A DNA stretch of 51,963 nucleotides from Nemertoderma westbladi (GCA_032718475.1 JAUCBJ010007559.1:1-51963), one strand, 5' to 3'. Numbered from the stretch's first letter, positions 36,830-48,860 are shown. Notes: generated by a model from the sequence alone, not told the origin. Translations and numbers: made by a program.

Positions 36830-38278
36830 TTAGTCTTTCTTGCGCGGACGGCGTTTACGCAGTTTTTTAAAGCTAGCAAGAGTCCTTTTCTCTTTGGGGC
36901 GAGCCACTTTACGAGGAGGGCTATAACTCCTGGGTGAAGGGTGCAATATGATTGCATCAGAAGGTATGGGATTGCGATCGGTGTATCCGCCGGTCGAAGT
37001 ACCGGGTTGATTGACATCAACGTCCGGGGAGAGGGGTCTAACGGCTTTGAGAGCTCGTTTCAAGACAGCCGCTCTTACGGGTCCTTTACGAGTGGTCTGA
37101 ACGAGGGCCGTGGGTGGACCATAGGCAGTTAGAAACTTCCTTGGTTTAATGGTTCTTTCCAACTCGCGTTCGCGGGCTCTGTACTCGTAAGGCTGTCGAT
37201 ATACTTCCTGTAACTCAGGGTGTGAGTTGACAAATAAGTCTCCATAGGCCGGATCTTGACGGATAAAGTTTATTAAGTTGTACGAATTGATGTCACTCGG
37301 ATTAATGCTCCTGAGAAATTTGCGTACATATTTGGTTGAAATACATTCTCCAACGCGCTTCAATAGTTCATAACTTGATATGCGTAATTTCTGTTCGACA
37401 GAAGCGAATAGATAAGGATGTAACGCATAAACTCCTTCGTAAGCGCGTCCGGGATAATAGCGATGGCGCGAATCACAATATAAATCAGTGTTCGCTTCCC
37501 AAGCTCTGATGTAACGTAGTGTGATCATTTCATCTACGCTTTCCAAATCGTGATTAAAAGGGCAATCGAAACTGGCATGTCCCTTTAGTTGACAATGGTG
37601 ACATTGAGTCATAAATTGAGGGCAAACCGCAAAAATGTGCAAATTATTAAATCTGCAATACGCGCAATAAATTTCCATCGCCGGTTGTTCGTGGAAATAG
37701 GAACAGCGGACGTTTGTGTCCATGGGCGTAACATGGTCTCTCGATGCGCATAACCGACAACGTTGCCGAGAAACATAGTTGGCATGGCGATAATCGTACG
37801 CAGTGAGACACTGTGGACTTTGATACCATTCTAGGATGTAATCGTTGTCGCTGTTCCGAGCGCGATAGGCTGAATCTCCTCAGATTCTAGACATATTGGT
37901 TCGTCTTCCCAGTCTGTTACGAATAGAATTTTCGTGATCTATTCTCGGTTTATCGTTACGACGCCGCTGGGTATGATATTTAAATAGAACCATTTCCCCT
38001 TCGGTGTCTACATCGTCCGTATCATGTAAATCGATAGGATGGCCGGTAGTTAAGAAGTCCATGTACGTACCATTACGATTCGTATAGCGAGCGGTGAATT
38101 TTCCATAGTCCGCTTCGCGCGTAAGTTGTTCCTGGGACATCGGCGGTTCGATATAACGACCATCGTCCTCAGTAATAGTCGGATCGGCTTCACCGCGTAT
38201 CAAGCTATCCACAAACGCTTGTAAAGGTAGAGTATATCGCTCTCTAATACCAAGGTCATCTTCTATCAATTCCGTCAT
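36830..38278 (-). CDS. Accessory zinc-knuckle ORF of element B, one frame with a single internal TGA (37880-37882)
   Basis: ORFs 37880-38278 and 36830-37723 are in frame and joined by 52 open codons containing CRLCASRDH. CAYCRFNNLHIFAVCP and CHHCQLKGHASFDC follow, collinear with A's accessory ORF. Confidence 0.75.
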
Positions 38279-39090
38279 ATCTGCTATCTGAGTTTGTTAA
38301 TATCAATATAAGCTAATATTTTAGGCAAGCGGGCGTCGCTGCCTACTAGGCTTTTTGCCCCCGGACAGTGGGTTTCTCAGCGCCGATGTACCGCTGTCGC
38401 AGTGTTTACGCCAACATGTAGCAACAGCACGACAACGATAACCGGCACAAGTCCCACCACTGTCCGTCCCAAAGGCTTGAATCCACTTGAGGTTATCTCG
38501 GTAGAGTTAGGGCTATTTTACAATTGCGATTAGCTACTGTAAACACACTTTAGTAGTAACATTCACCTATAAACGCACAAATTCCATACAATCATTACTT
38601 ACTGCACACATGCATGCCATTTGTCCGTTAGTCAGTGTCTTCCAGAATGTCACGTTATTACTATGTATCCTTGGATACTAATAGCGCGCTATGTATACTC
38701 TTATGCTACGCAATGGGGCAAGCTTTTATTGGTCCTTTAACTTGTTTCTAATTCTAGCGTGGGTGTTGCCATGGTGACATTATGGAAAACTAGCGGTAGA
38801 ATTAGGGCAATCCTCAGGCATACAGATCTGGGATGTTATTTAATAGTAATTCTTTAATTGTCAATATCCTCTTTATGCATGATTTTATAAATTTTATCGG
38901 CTATTGACTATATGTTGGAGATTCTCACACTCTAGTACACTCAATATGAATCTCCGCTCCCATGATCTATTAATTACTGGAATTTTGGGAATGTTATAAA
39001 TTGTACAAAATGACAATTTATGAAATTCATTTGAATATGAATTTAAATTTATTCCCGTGAATTTTATTATTTGATATTAAATTGACATAA

Positions 39091-39385
39091 ATTTTATTCC
39101 AGAGCATATCTGGGGACTTAGGATCCTTAATTCTATAAAATAGTCCTTCTAAGAATATCGGTAAATACTGCGATATCTTAATTGACTAGAAATTTTAAAG
39201 GATCGGGATTTTACAGATTTTAACAAAATATTAAATTAATATTTAGGATGGGCACCGATTTATTCCAGAACTTGTCGGGGGACGTTAACCACTGATTCTA
39301 GAATTTGTCTTTCAAGTATATCGGTGGGTGCCACGATATCTTAATCGACTAGAATTACAGATGGTCAAAAGTTTAACAGATTTAT
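39091..39385. repeat. Diverged tandem duplication, about 165 bp, inside element B
   Basis: tttattccaga...cgatatcttaat.gactagaa...acagattt occurs twice. Confidence 0.7.
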
Positions 39386-39900
39386 TTGCAATTTACGCTA
39401 CTGTTAGAGGGACATCACGCTACTATATGTATTATTTGTTATAAGGTAGAAGAGCAATATCGCACGAAGCAATGTCAGTGTGAAGAGGCAAGTCGTTTCC
39501 AAGGTCTACCCAGAGCTTGGTTTAGCCGAGACACGAGGATCTGAACTTTGCATTCCTAATACTCTGCCTACCAATAATACTTAAATATAGTAGTGGCTTT
39601 ATTGTACTTTAAGAAGTACTGACATGTCATCTTACTATAGTCTCGCATTTATAATATAATACGGACAGTAAGGAAAGAGAAAAATAATTATTTCTTGCCG
39701 TCGCACTAAATATATTGTAAGTAATTAAATACGTAATAAACACTAATATATTGCACTAATTTACTAAATATTCTAAAATAACATTCTACTAAATAAAATT
39801 AAAGAAAACGATTATAATAAAATTACATAATAATACATACATAAATATAAAATAAAAACAAATATAAAATGATATAGTCACACGCCCACTCCACATGCTA

Positions 39901-42900
39901 TCACGTTATGGAGTCCCTAGATATTTGCCGGATTAGGGAAGTAGTCGTAGGAAGAGTATCTTGCCTTCCATAGTTTTCGGACAGTTTTCGGTCTCTTTCC
40001 AGTAAACATAAACGACTAGCTGGGCGATTGAGTTGTTGTGTTACTTTCTCCGCTCCCTTGGCCTGTCTAATTTCTGCCGTGGTAAGATGAGGAGGCCATT
40101 CTTCTTCTTCTTTACTTAAGGAGTCGGATCCACCTAACCAGCCTGGAGTATCTATCAGTTCTTGAGGAGTTGCTCCTCTGGAAGCGATGTCGGCTGGATT
40201 AATCGTCCCAAGGCAATGTCTCCATTGATCTACATTGGAGTTAATATCGTCATTATCTGAGGAGTATGGTGTTCCCTCAGTTGGGTCGTCCACATCACTG
40301 CTCTCCACTTCCCCCTTTACTTGGTATACCTGTTGTTGAGGTAATCTCTCTTTGAGAGTTCTACGGGAAGGGCCAGTGAAGTACCAACCTACTCTAGTTC
40401 TTACCGCATAGGTTTGTAGTGGCTGTGGTTGAGCAGGCCGTTTCTCTAATGGCTCGAGCGCCTCATGCGCGTTTTGGCCGATGAGTATTTGCACTCCAGG
40501 ATAATCGGTTTGGAATCGAGGTATCTCAAGATGTTGGATGCACTCGTCCTCGTCCCAGTTATAAGGTTCTGCTTGAGTAGTAGCAAAGTTCTTTATAACC
40601 ATCATTTTTACTGACCTTATACTTTGTGTTCCTAACTTATCCTGGGGGGTGGACAACACACCTACATAGTAATCTGCCGTTAGGGTAGATTTCCAAACCT
40701 GCATAATTCCTGACATATTCAATTTAGTCCGGAACTTGGGTTGTCCAGCAAAGATATCTTCGGCTAGTTCTTGATCGATGAATGTTCCTGTACTGCCGGA
40801 GTCAAGTAGGGCGTTCACTATGTAACTCTTGTTGGGACCATGAACTCGAACTTGCACTACAGGAAATTCTCTTATTCCTATGTTGGAAGTTGGAACTTTC
40901 CAAGATGGTTGTTTGTCAAAAGTAGTTGGAGTAAACTCGTCAGTGTCCTTTTCATCCGTAAGTGCTCGATACACTGTGGTATTTATTAGATAACAGGATT
41001 CGTTGGCATCGGAGAATTCGTCTGTATAGAATCCTTCCCACTCAGAACTTTGGTCAGTGTCGTTCACATCACTGAATTGGACATGTAGTTCGGGCTCACT
41101 TACCTGACTCGGGTGGTCTCGATCGAACTCACTGTGTAACAAGATGTGATGTTTCGCGCCACACTTTGCACACTTTACGTCGGAGTAACAGGTTCGCCGT
41201 TGGTGTCCTGATCTGAGGCAATTATAGCATAACCGCTTATTCCACAGGACTGTACGTCTGTCTACAGGGGATTTCTTTAGAAATTCAGCACACGCACTCA
41301 AACGGTGGGGCCCGTCGCACAGCGCACATTTTGGTTTGATGTTACTCACCTTAACTTGGTTAACGTTATGCACTCTCGTTCTTTCTTCGGGCTTTCTTCC
41401 GTGAATTCTCTTAGGAGACGTAGGAGGAGTTGTTGTTACCTGTTCTCTCCTGTCACTGGTTCGAGACTTGTATTTACTTACGTCTTTATAGGTCTTGTTG
41501 TCATAGTAAGATTTTGCTGTGTCTTTCCCGCTGTCCTCTTCTTGAGAAGCTTGGCTCTCGCCGTCGTCAGTATAACACACTGGTATTATCCTTCTCCTAG
41601 AATCGGGTTTCTCACTTACCTTATTTTTCGATGTTTTCTCTCTGGACTGCCTTATGAGTTGTAATTTTACTTCACTATCTAAGAAAGACATGAGATCAGC
41701 CATGGTAGGACTTCGTCGTTGTTGTTCATTCATGTACAACACTTTCTTGTCCCAGCGTGTACATACTCCACCCTTTGGTAAAGTAGAGACTACGGCTCCA
41801 ATAACCATGGAACTCTGATATTCATGCGACTTACCTAACCAGTCCAATTGTCTACAGATCTCTTGAATTTCATCGGAAAACTCTATAATCTCGCTACTAA
41901 GGAAGTGTCGGGGGGCTACTAATTTTGCATACAAATACTTAGCTATGTTATCCTTGTTACCATACCTGATGTTTAATGTATCCCAAACTTGTCTTAATCC
42001 ATCTGGATGTCCAATAAACTTTAATGCCATTAACTTGGGAGGTCCTTCCAAGCACTTGATGAGGAATCTAAGTTTCTCTCCGTTAGATAGTACAGAGTTC
42101 TGTATGCTATCTTTGTAATATTCGTTGAAAGGTAACCATTTCATCTCATCTCCATTGAATTTGACGATCTCTCCCACTTTGACCGCTTGGCGGGCTTCTG
42201 TTCTAGCCATCTGACGCGTAAAGCTTTCTTGGGCCATCGTGTTATTTAATATCGAATTATCGGTATATAAATTTTTCGGATCATTATCAGGTCTATAGGG
42301 AATATCATTAATAACAGGTCTATAATCACCCTTAATAGGGTTTGCTATAGGAGTTTCAACTTCACTAGCAGTATAGATGCGTGTAGGCTCCACACCTTGC
42401 GCATGTAATACTTCAGACCTAACAGGTTGACACAATGTTACAGGGGGTATTGGTATGCCCTTTTGGATATTGACTAATTTGTTGCGTTCTAGCGCGATAC
42501 TTTGCTGCACTTCTTGCAACTCTGCTCTACCTTCCCTCACTGTTCCCTTAAGTTGGTGGACAGTCTCCTGCATCTGTCCTAGCAGGAGATTCATCCCCCG
42601 CCGTCCCTCTTCCACCCACTCAACCGCCGAAGCGGGAGTCGCCAACATAGTAGCGGGCTGACGCGGGACGACGGGAGACAAATTATTGATTTCTCTCTCT
42701 GCTATCTGGACAGGGGTATTTGCATGGACTGTTCCACCGGGTACAGGCAGTGTAGTGCTATGTAAAGGGAATTTAGAGTTAAGCTCTGGAAGTGTAGGGG
42801 TCTCTAGCACAGAAGTAACTTTGGGAACTACAGGCCTAATTATTTCAGGTTCATCGACTATAGTAGGGAGTCTTTTGACCTGGATAAATTGTTCTATGGG

Positions 42901-43956
42901 TTCTGCACTACCTAAATCTGTGCTAGTTAGCTGTCTTTTAACAGCTGGGGGCAAATCAGGCAATTTACGACGGTAATATGTTTTTCTACGCCTACTTAGA
43001 TGAGATCTATCTCCTCCGCCTTCAGGGTCGGTAGTATCGCCTTCCTCCGATGATGTGTACCCCTGGCGCTTGGGAGTAGATTTTCTCATCATCTGCATTT
43101 GATTAGCAGTAAACTGTTTATTTATACTGTCTTGTGTCTCTTGCAGATTCTCCAACTCCAGTTGGGTAATCTGCTCAGATGCTCTCCGTTCTGCTTCGGC
43201 CACTGCCCTTTCCGCCTTTGCTTCTGCCGTAGCCGCCGCCATAGCCGCCGCCTTTTGTTCCTCTATCCTTCTTTTCTTTATTTGTTCTTCTTGGACTCTA
43301 ACGAGGCGGAGTTTTTCATCACATTTAGCTTGTTCTGCAGCTAACATTTCCGCATCGATTGCGTCCAACACAAGCTTGGTTCCTTCACTATTAGGGCGAA
43401 GTCCAGACAGTCGTCTCCTCAACTCTTCGTCTCCTATGAATCGCTGATAGTCTGACAGATATATGTCAATGGCGTCTCTAGTTCGCGGCTTCTCTGCTGC
43501 TGTTAATTCGCTTTCCACTTCGCTTTCCACCTCGCTTTCCACTGGAGAAGAAGTGGCGTCGGTTGATTCTTCATAGGTTGGCCGCTCATCATAAACCATA
43601 TCCGCCATCTTCGCTCCGCGTTCGGGCGTCCGCTCAACAGTATCCGAACTACTGGAGCTATCGGGCCGCTGAGAACTAGGTTCTTGGCTAGGAGGTTGCT
43701 GCTGTTTTATAGCTTCTTCTTGATCCCGCTTGACTTGGGCCCGAGTGCCTATGGCAGACCAACGGCGCTTCACTAACTTCGCAAAATGCGAAATCGCTTC
43801 TACCAACCTAGGTTCTGATACAACCACTGCAGGGGTTGCCCTTCTTACAGTATGAGGGGTTTCAGACCTCAGTCTGGGATTCTCTACACTTTGATCTGAG
43901 AAACAGTCTGTTGTTTCTAGGAGACTATCTGACAGAGTTTGCCTTGTGTCAGCCAT
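39901..43956 (-). CDS. Gag-protease polyprotein of element B fused in frame to the RNase H tail
   Basis: KFNGDEMKWLPF...EKLRFLIKCLEGP, CALCDGPHRLSAC, CYNCLRSGHQRRTC, CAKCGAKHHILLH, ALLDSGS, AVRTRVGW, then QWRHCLGTINPADIASRG. No RT motifs. Confidence 0.93.
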   Translation of the reverse strand: MADTRQTLSDSLLETTDCFSDQSVENPRLRSETPHTVRRATPAVVVSEPRLVEAISHFAKLVKRRWSAIGTRAQVKRDQEEAIKQQQPPSQEPSSQRPDSSSSSDTVERTPERGAKMADMVYDERPTYEESTDATSSPVESEVESEVESELTAAEKPRTRDAIDIYLSDYQRFIGDEELRRRLSGLRPNSEGTKLVLDAIDAEMLAAEQAKCDEKLRLVRVQEEQIKKRRIEEQKAAAMAAATAEAKAERAVAEAERRASEQITQLELENLQETQDSINKQFTANQMQMMRKSTPKRQGYTSSEEGDTTDPEGGGDRSHLSRRRKTYYRRKLPDLPPAVKRQLTSTDLGSAEPIEQFIQVKRLPTIVDEPEIIRPVVPKVTSVLETPTLPELNSKFPLHSTTLPVPGGTVHANTPVQIAEREINNLSPVVPRQPATMLATPASAVEWVEEGRRGMNLLLGQMQETVHQLKGTVREGRAELQEVQQSIALERNKLVNIQKGIPIPPVTLCQPVRSEVLHAQGVEPTRIYTASEVETPIANPIKGDYRPVINDIPYRPDNDPKNLYTDNSILNNTMAQESFTRQMARTEARQAVKVGEIVKFNGDEMKWLPFNEYYKDSIQNSVLSNGEKLRFLIKCLEGPPKLMALKFIGHPDGLRQVWDTLNIRYGNKDNIAKYLYAKLVAPRHFLSSEIIEFSDEIQEICRQLDWLGKSHEYQSSMVIGAVVSTLPKGGVCTRWDKKVLYMNEQQRRSPTMADLMSFLDSEVKLQLIRQSREKTSKNKVSEKPDSRRRIIPVCYTDDGESQASQEEDSGKDTAKSYYDNKTYKDVSKYKSRTSDRREQVTTTPPTSPKRIHGRKPEERTRVHNVNQVKVSNIKPKCALCDGPHRLSACAEFLKKSPVDRRTVLWNKRLCYNCLRSGHQRRTCYSDVKCAKCGAKHHILLHSEFDRDHPSQVSEPELHVQFSDVNDTDQSSEWEGFYTDEFSDANESCYLINTTVYRALTDEKDTDEFTPTTFDKQPSWKVPTSNIGIREFPVVQVRVHGPNKSYIVNALLDSGSTGTFIDQELAEDIFAGQPKFRTKLNMSGIMQVWKSTLTADYYVGVLSTPQDKLGTQSIRSVKMMVIKNFATTQAEPYNWDEDECIQHLEIPRFQTDYPGVQILIGQNAHEALEPLEKRPAQPQPLQTYAVRTRVGWYFTGPSRRTLKERLPQQQVYQVKGEVESSDVDDPTEGTPYSSDNDDINSNVDQWRHCLGTINPADIASRGATPQELIDTPGWLGGSDSLSKEEEEWPPHLTTAEIRQAKGAEKVTQQLNRPASRLCLLERDRKLSENYGRQDTLPTTTSLIRQISRDSIT

Positions 43957-44091
43957 GTTTGTTTACACAGTTGAATGCCTACGGTTACAAATACAGTCAA
44001 AGTAAGTCTAGTAATTCAGTATCACCGTTAGCCTAATAATTAATTGCCGATACTGCTGCTCAGTGTAGCGTGATATATATATAATATATTA

Positions 44092-44460
44092 GAATACCGG
44101 TATGCTTATCATATATATATAAGTATGATTACAGACTAGATTTGTCACAGAGTACCGGTATATAAATTTAGCACAAATATATATAAATATATAATAGGCC
44201 TATAGTGAATACCGGTATACAGCTTACACTTATAGTATATATAAGTATTGTAAACTAGGTTTGTCACAGAGTACCGGTATATAATTTTAGCACAAATATA
44301 TATAAATATATAATAGGCCTATCGTGAATACCGGTATGCAGCTTACACTTATAGTATATATAAGTATAATTATGAACTAGAATTAATTACAGAATACCGG
44401 TATGATTTCAGCACAAATTTATAGAAATAAATATAATAAGCCTATGGTAAATACCGGTAT
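44092..44460. repeat. About 120-bp tandem repeat x3 in 5' leader of element B
   Basis: acagagtaccggtat...agcacaaat recurs near 44147, 44266 and 44389. Confidence 0.88.
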
Positions 44461-45448
44461 GTCAATTATTTTAGAATAATTGAATTTCTGAATATTTTAG
44501 GGTTACTTGGTTACTTTAACTTACTTTATTACCGTTATTTAAGCAGTAGTCCAACTGATATTGAGACCTAGTTGTTGTATGGCAGGCCTACTATTTATAA
44601 ATCGTTTGAGTTGATTTATAATATTTATATACCCGTTTAAAATGGGTTTTTGTCAATATTTGAAATAAATGTTATTATTTCTGGGGGGTCACTACACAGA
44701 AGCTGTGCGCTCTCAGTGAAGTGCTATTTATTTGACACTAAAACTGATAATTCTAGTTTACCTAAGTTACTTAGTTACTACAAATTACTTACGATACGGG
44801 TGAGATTAATTCTCTAGTTAAACACAACAAAAATATTACGTACGAAATTTTTAGGGTAATTTTACAGGAAGTCTACAAACCAGCCCAACAAAGGGTTAGA
44901 ATTCTGGTTATTACAACGGACAGGGTACTACGGTATTTGAAATAATAAGTAGTAGTAAATATATTGTACTGTCCAGATAGGAAAATACCACCGCCTGACG
45001 ACCTATAACCGTATCGCTATAGGTACTACGTTATGTATCACGGATTGTTCCTACCCAGAAGCTAATAGAGCTAACGAATGTGCCTATCAACCACTTTACA
45101 ACACAAATATACTGCCTACACTAATTACTTCGGAAAGCACTGTACACTAAACCCTAAATTAGGTACAAGTACCGGTATAACAAATAATCAGTAGTTAAAT
45201 ATACTTGAACAGTTAAAAGAACCACGGCATCTGCTGGAGTGACCGAAGCACAAAGTCGTCAGTCTTTACCTACGCCAAGCAGCCCTGATGTAGTACCGGG
45301 GTTAGTTTAACTATAACGGTATGTATAACAAGCACAATTACTGTAGGAATAAACTTGGGGACATGAATGTTGCGAATAATCGCATAAACTCTGAATAATA
45401 AATATTACGCTACCCGTACAGAATACTCAAACAAATACAAACCAAACG

Positions 45449-45960
45449 CTGGCAGACTACTATTAAGCCTAAACAAACTACAGTATGTGCAGATTCTGAA
45501 ACTGTTAGTTAGTATGCGTTCTAACACGGTAGTACGACTTACTCTTTAAGAGGGGATTGACCTTACCGCTTATGGCTGCCCCAACTTACTAACGGCACTT
45601 GATCAGACCAACTCTACACACGCAGCAATCCCTTCAGACTCAAAAAATAGCCAGACGACAATCCAGCCTACAAATATTTGAGTAATAACTATTACGGTAC
45701 CTGAACAGACCACACAAACAAACACAGGCTAAAACACTGGCAGACTACGATCAAGCCTAAATAAACTACAGTATATGCAGACTCTGAAACTGTTAGTTAG
45801 TATGCGTTCTAACACGGTAGTACGACTTATTCTTTAAGAGGGGATTGACCTTACCGCATATGGCTGCCCCAACTTACTAACAGCACTTTATCAGACAAAC
45901 TCTACACACGCCGTAATCTCTCCAAACTCAACAACAGCCAGACAGCAACTCAGCCTACAA
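45449..45960. repeat. About 288-bp-period tandem duplication in 5' leader of element B
   Basis: ctggcagactac...ctgaaactgttagttagtatgcgttctaacacgg starts at 45449 and again at 45737. Confidence 0.9.
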
Positions 45961-46251
45961 TTATCTGAACAATCTGAGCAGGGTCACACGCCTTCTGCTC
46001 AATATTAGCCTACTAGTAAATAAAACTGACAGAAATAGACCTAAGTAAAATCCCAATAAAAACCAGGCGTCCCCGATTTAATATCGAGACCTACCGGTAT
46101 ACAATAATCAAAATCGAATAATACTAAATGTACTTGTACAGCAGTACCGGTACCGGTGATGACAGTTAGGCCTACTGACCTACAGAAGCACCGGTTCAGT
46201 TTTACCAGTCACTACGGTATTTTGCAACCTTATTGCCTACTGCAATAAGAT

Positions 46252-46264
46252 TATAAACTGTTAC
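46252..46264 (-). promoter_or_regulatory. Non-tRNA primer-binding-site candidate of element B (GTAACAGTTTATA)
   Basis: Directly follows the 5' LTR end and forms an exact 13-nt inverted repeat with 47022-47034 (and 36257-36269) inside the LTR. Confidence 0.65.
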
Positions 46265-47516
46265 TGTTCGCGCTTTTGAAGACCTTTAGCAGTTTAACCT
46301 GCCAAAATTTATATGTCTTTTAGTTAATTAAAACACCTTTAGCATACGACAATCTTTTATGCTAATACGCAAAACATTAGCCGAAGTCAGCCCATGCGCG
46401 ATCATTCACCCGATGGATCTACACCCGGGAGGCTGAATTCGGATGCTTAAATTTTATTATTGCAGTGTAAGGTTGCAGTGTAAACTTACTGTATTATTCG
46501 ATAGATCGTTAATAATTAATCTCTGACAGATATTATTGGCTTTCGGGAAATATTAACAGTTCCTTTAGGACGTGGCGCTTTATCTATTTAAACAGAACTA
46601 AGACTTATACTAAAACGCAACGATACTGCTTATGATTGAAGTATAAAGCGTATTCTTTAGGAAATACTTTGTTACCAATCACAATCATACACACTATTCT
46701 GCCGACCGTCAGTATATTTGATCACACATAAAGAGAGCAGCAATTGACTCACGTAGGGTCTGCTAAATAACATTGGATTCAATACACACCACATTAATAT
46801 AAATCGCAATTGTTATGTATAGCCGGTCTCTCTAACCTGTAGTGTATCAAGAAAATTGGGAATTTGGGTGATTTATCCGTATTATCCAAAGAGCAATATT
46901 TCCATCAACAAATAGGTACAATTAATAACTGACGGTAAAATAACAGTACAAACAATATGATTAATGCAGTTAAATTAAGTGAGTATGTTAATTAGTTAGT
47001 TATTGAGATTTGTTAAGTGAGGTAACAGTTTATACTTTCGATAATTCAAGCAGTTTTACTAGAGTTCTTCCCAAAAAGCCGGTGTTTCTGGCTTAGACAG
47101 CAATAACAACAAAGTATCAAGTAAAAGCAGTAAGACTGAACACTCTCCTTATGATCGGCTGAAAAGCTACACGTCGACAGGAAAAATCGCTCTGATTGGC
47201 TCAAGCCAAACAAAGAACTATGCGTCCAATGGATGTTTCCATGTCAGCAACCAGCTGTTAGATGTCGTAATATGAATCATCACGGCTAAGCTGTGAAAGG
47301 TAGTTGGTGCATTACAGGTTTTTTGCCTTACCATGTCCGCCAAAACACGTATATAGCAGAATGACTTTTATGTCCGTTAAAACACCTGTAACGGTACCTT
47401 GCGGGCGAGGGGAATATATATACAGTTAGAGAACCTTTTTAGAGTATTCCAGCGCCTGGGGGGAAACTGGATTGCGAAGCAAAAGGGGCCAGTTATATCC
47501 CACAGAAGCTTTTACA
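46265..47516 (-). repeat. 5' LTR of element B
   Basis: TG...CA, direct repeat of 35500-36751. Confidence 0.97.
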
Positions 47517-48860
47517 GCTTTGCAGCAATCGAGATCAATGAGATTCCCCGAAAAGAACCATAGAGTATTAGGTTGCCCTTCTTGAGAACTGGCACCAACT
47601 TATTTGTTTTCATTTCTTGTGGGACTCTTGTTGTTCGGTACATGTCTACTATGATGGGATAGCTGAGCTTTAAACACTCAGGTATTTTAAAGACCTCAGG
47701 GGGAACACCATCTACTCCACTGGTACGATTGGTCTTAATGCTTTTTGCAGCAGCCTTCACTTCTGCAAAGGAGATATCGCCAATGGGAAAATCTGGGAGT
47801 ACAGACTCAGACACTTTTACTTCTATAAAGTTATCAGGATTGTCATTATTGAGGAGCTTATCAAAGTGGGCCTTCCAACCATTGAGGCGATTGGCTGGTG
47901 ATTCAGCCTTAACCTTGGTGGTTGGTTGGCTTTTCCGCCCAGTAAGCAAGTTGATCGATTTCCATGCCTGGGATGATAGCCTGCTGTCGTCGGCATCATT
48001 GATGGCATCAACCTGTTGGTTTATTAGCTCCTGTAGATTAACAGAGTACTGCCTTTTCAGGGACCTAGATGCAGCCTTAACTGCATTCTTGGCCGCTGTA
48101 GTCTGTTTGAGTCGGGACTTTTTCTGCGCCTTATATAGGTCATTTCGGTCCTTCTGGATTTTGTTGTCAGTCCAGGGGGCCCGTTTCCTGTTTCCAGGGT
48201 ATACAGGAACTGTTTCTGCAGCTGCTAACTAAAGAACCTCATACCTTTTGCTCAGCTGTAGTGTGAAGCTGGATCTCACACTTGGCTGTAGCAACAGAGA
48301 GGACCAGTCATGCCGCGGCAAGGCAGATTTCGTTGTTCTGCTAGCACGCAGACTAAGTCTTACCTTGGCCACAATAAGGCGGTGATCACTGGAGAAGGGT
48401 CGAAGTGTAAATGCATTACAGTCTTGTATAGAGCTCCTGTACTTCCTACGAAACAAAATATGGTCTATCTGGGACTTGTGACCACTGGGACCACTATGAG
48501 TGCATAGCTTTCCTGTTCGCTTCTTGAACTGGGTTCCAGCCGAAAACACTCCATTTCCAGAGATAAAATCCTGAAGATGGACGGAATTTCGGTTAACACT
48601 ATTGCTATAGACCCAGGGCGATGTAGGTGATTGATGTAGACTTGCATTAAAGTCTCCCAGGAATGTTAAGAATGCATGCTGATCCACTCCATCAGTAGCT
48701 GCTTGTAGATTGTGGTAGAAATTTTCCACTTCCTCTACAGGTTCAACACTAGTTGGAGAGTAGCACACAATCAGAACCACCTTAGGAAACTTCTTAGCCA
48801 GTCTTCCAGAACATGAGAAGTGGCAACGGATGATGCGGCTAGAGATTTGGTCCAATTTTA
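47517..48860 (-). mobile_element. RTE-type LINE, 5' half (AP endonuclease, linker, RT start), 5'-truncated
   Basis: IVCYSPT, LGDFNA, SQIDHIL, SDHRLI, SGVDGVPPE, FRGISLISIAAKL. Continues as YNRILLNR after element B is removed. Confidence 0.93.

Larger units (their letters stand above)
35500..47516 (-). mobile_element. BEL/Pao element B, non-autonomous deletion derivative with both LTRs
   Basis: Direct 1252-bp TG...CA LTRs and a TSD GCTTT (35495-35499, 47517-47521). BEL Gag-PR ORF present; RT and IN absent. Confidence 0.97.

Noticed and set aside
46190-46207. Displaced TGG-type PBS (TGGTAAAAACTGAACCGG on minus strand) for element B
   Set aside because: It lies about 57 nt from the LTR end, too far for a normal PBS, and I do not recognise it as a tRNA 3' complement.
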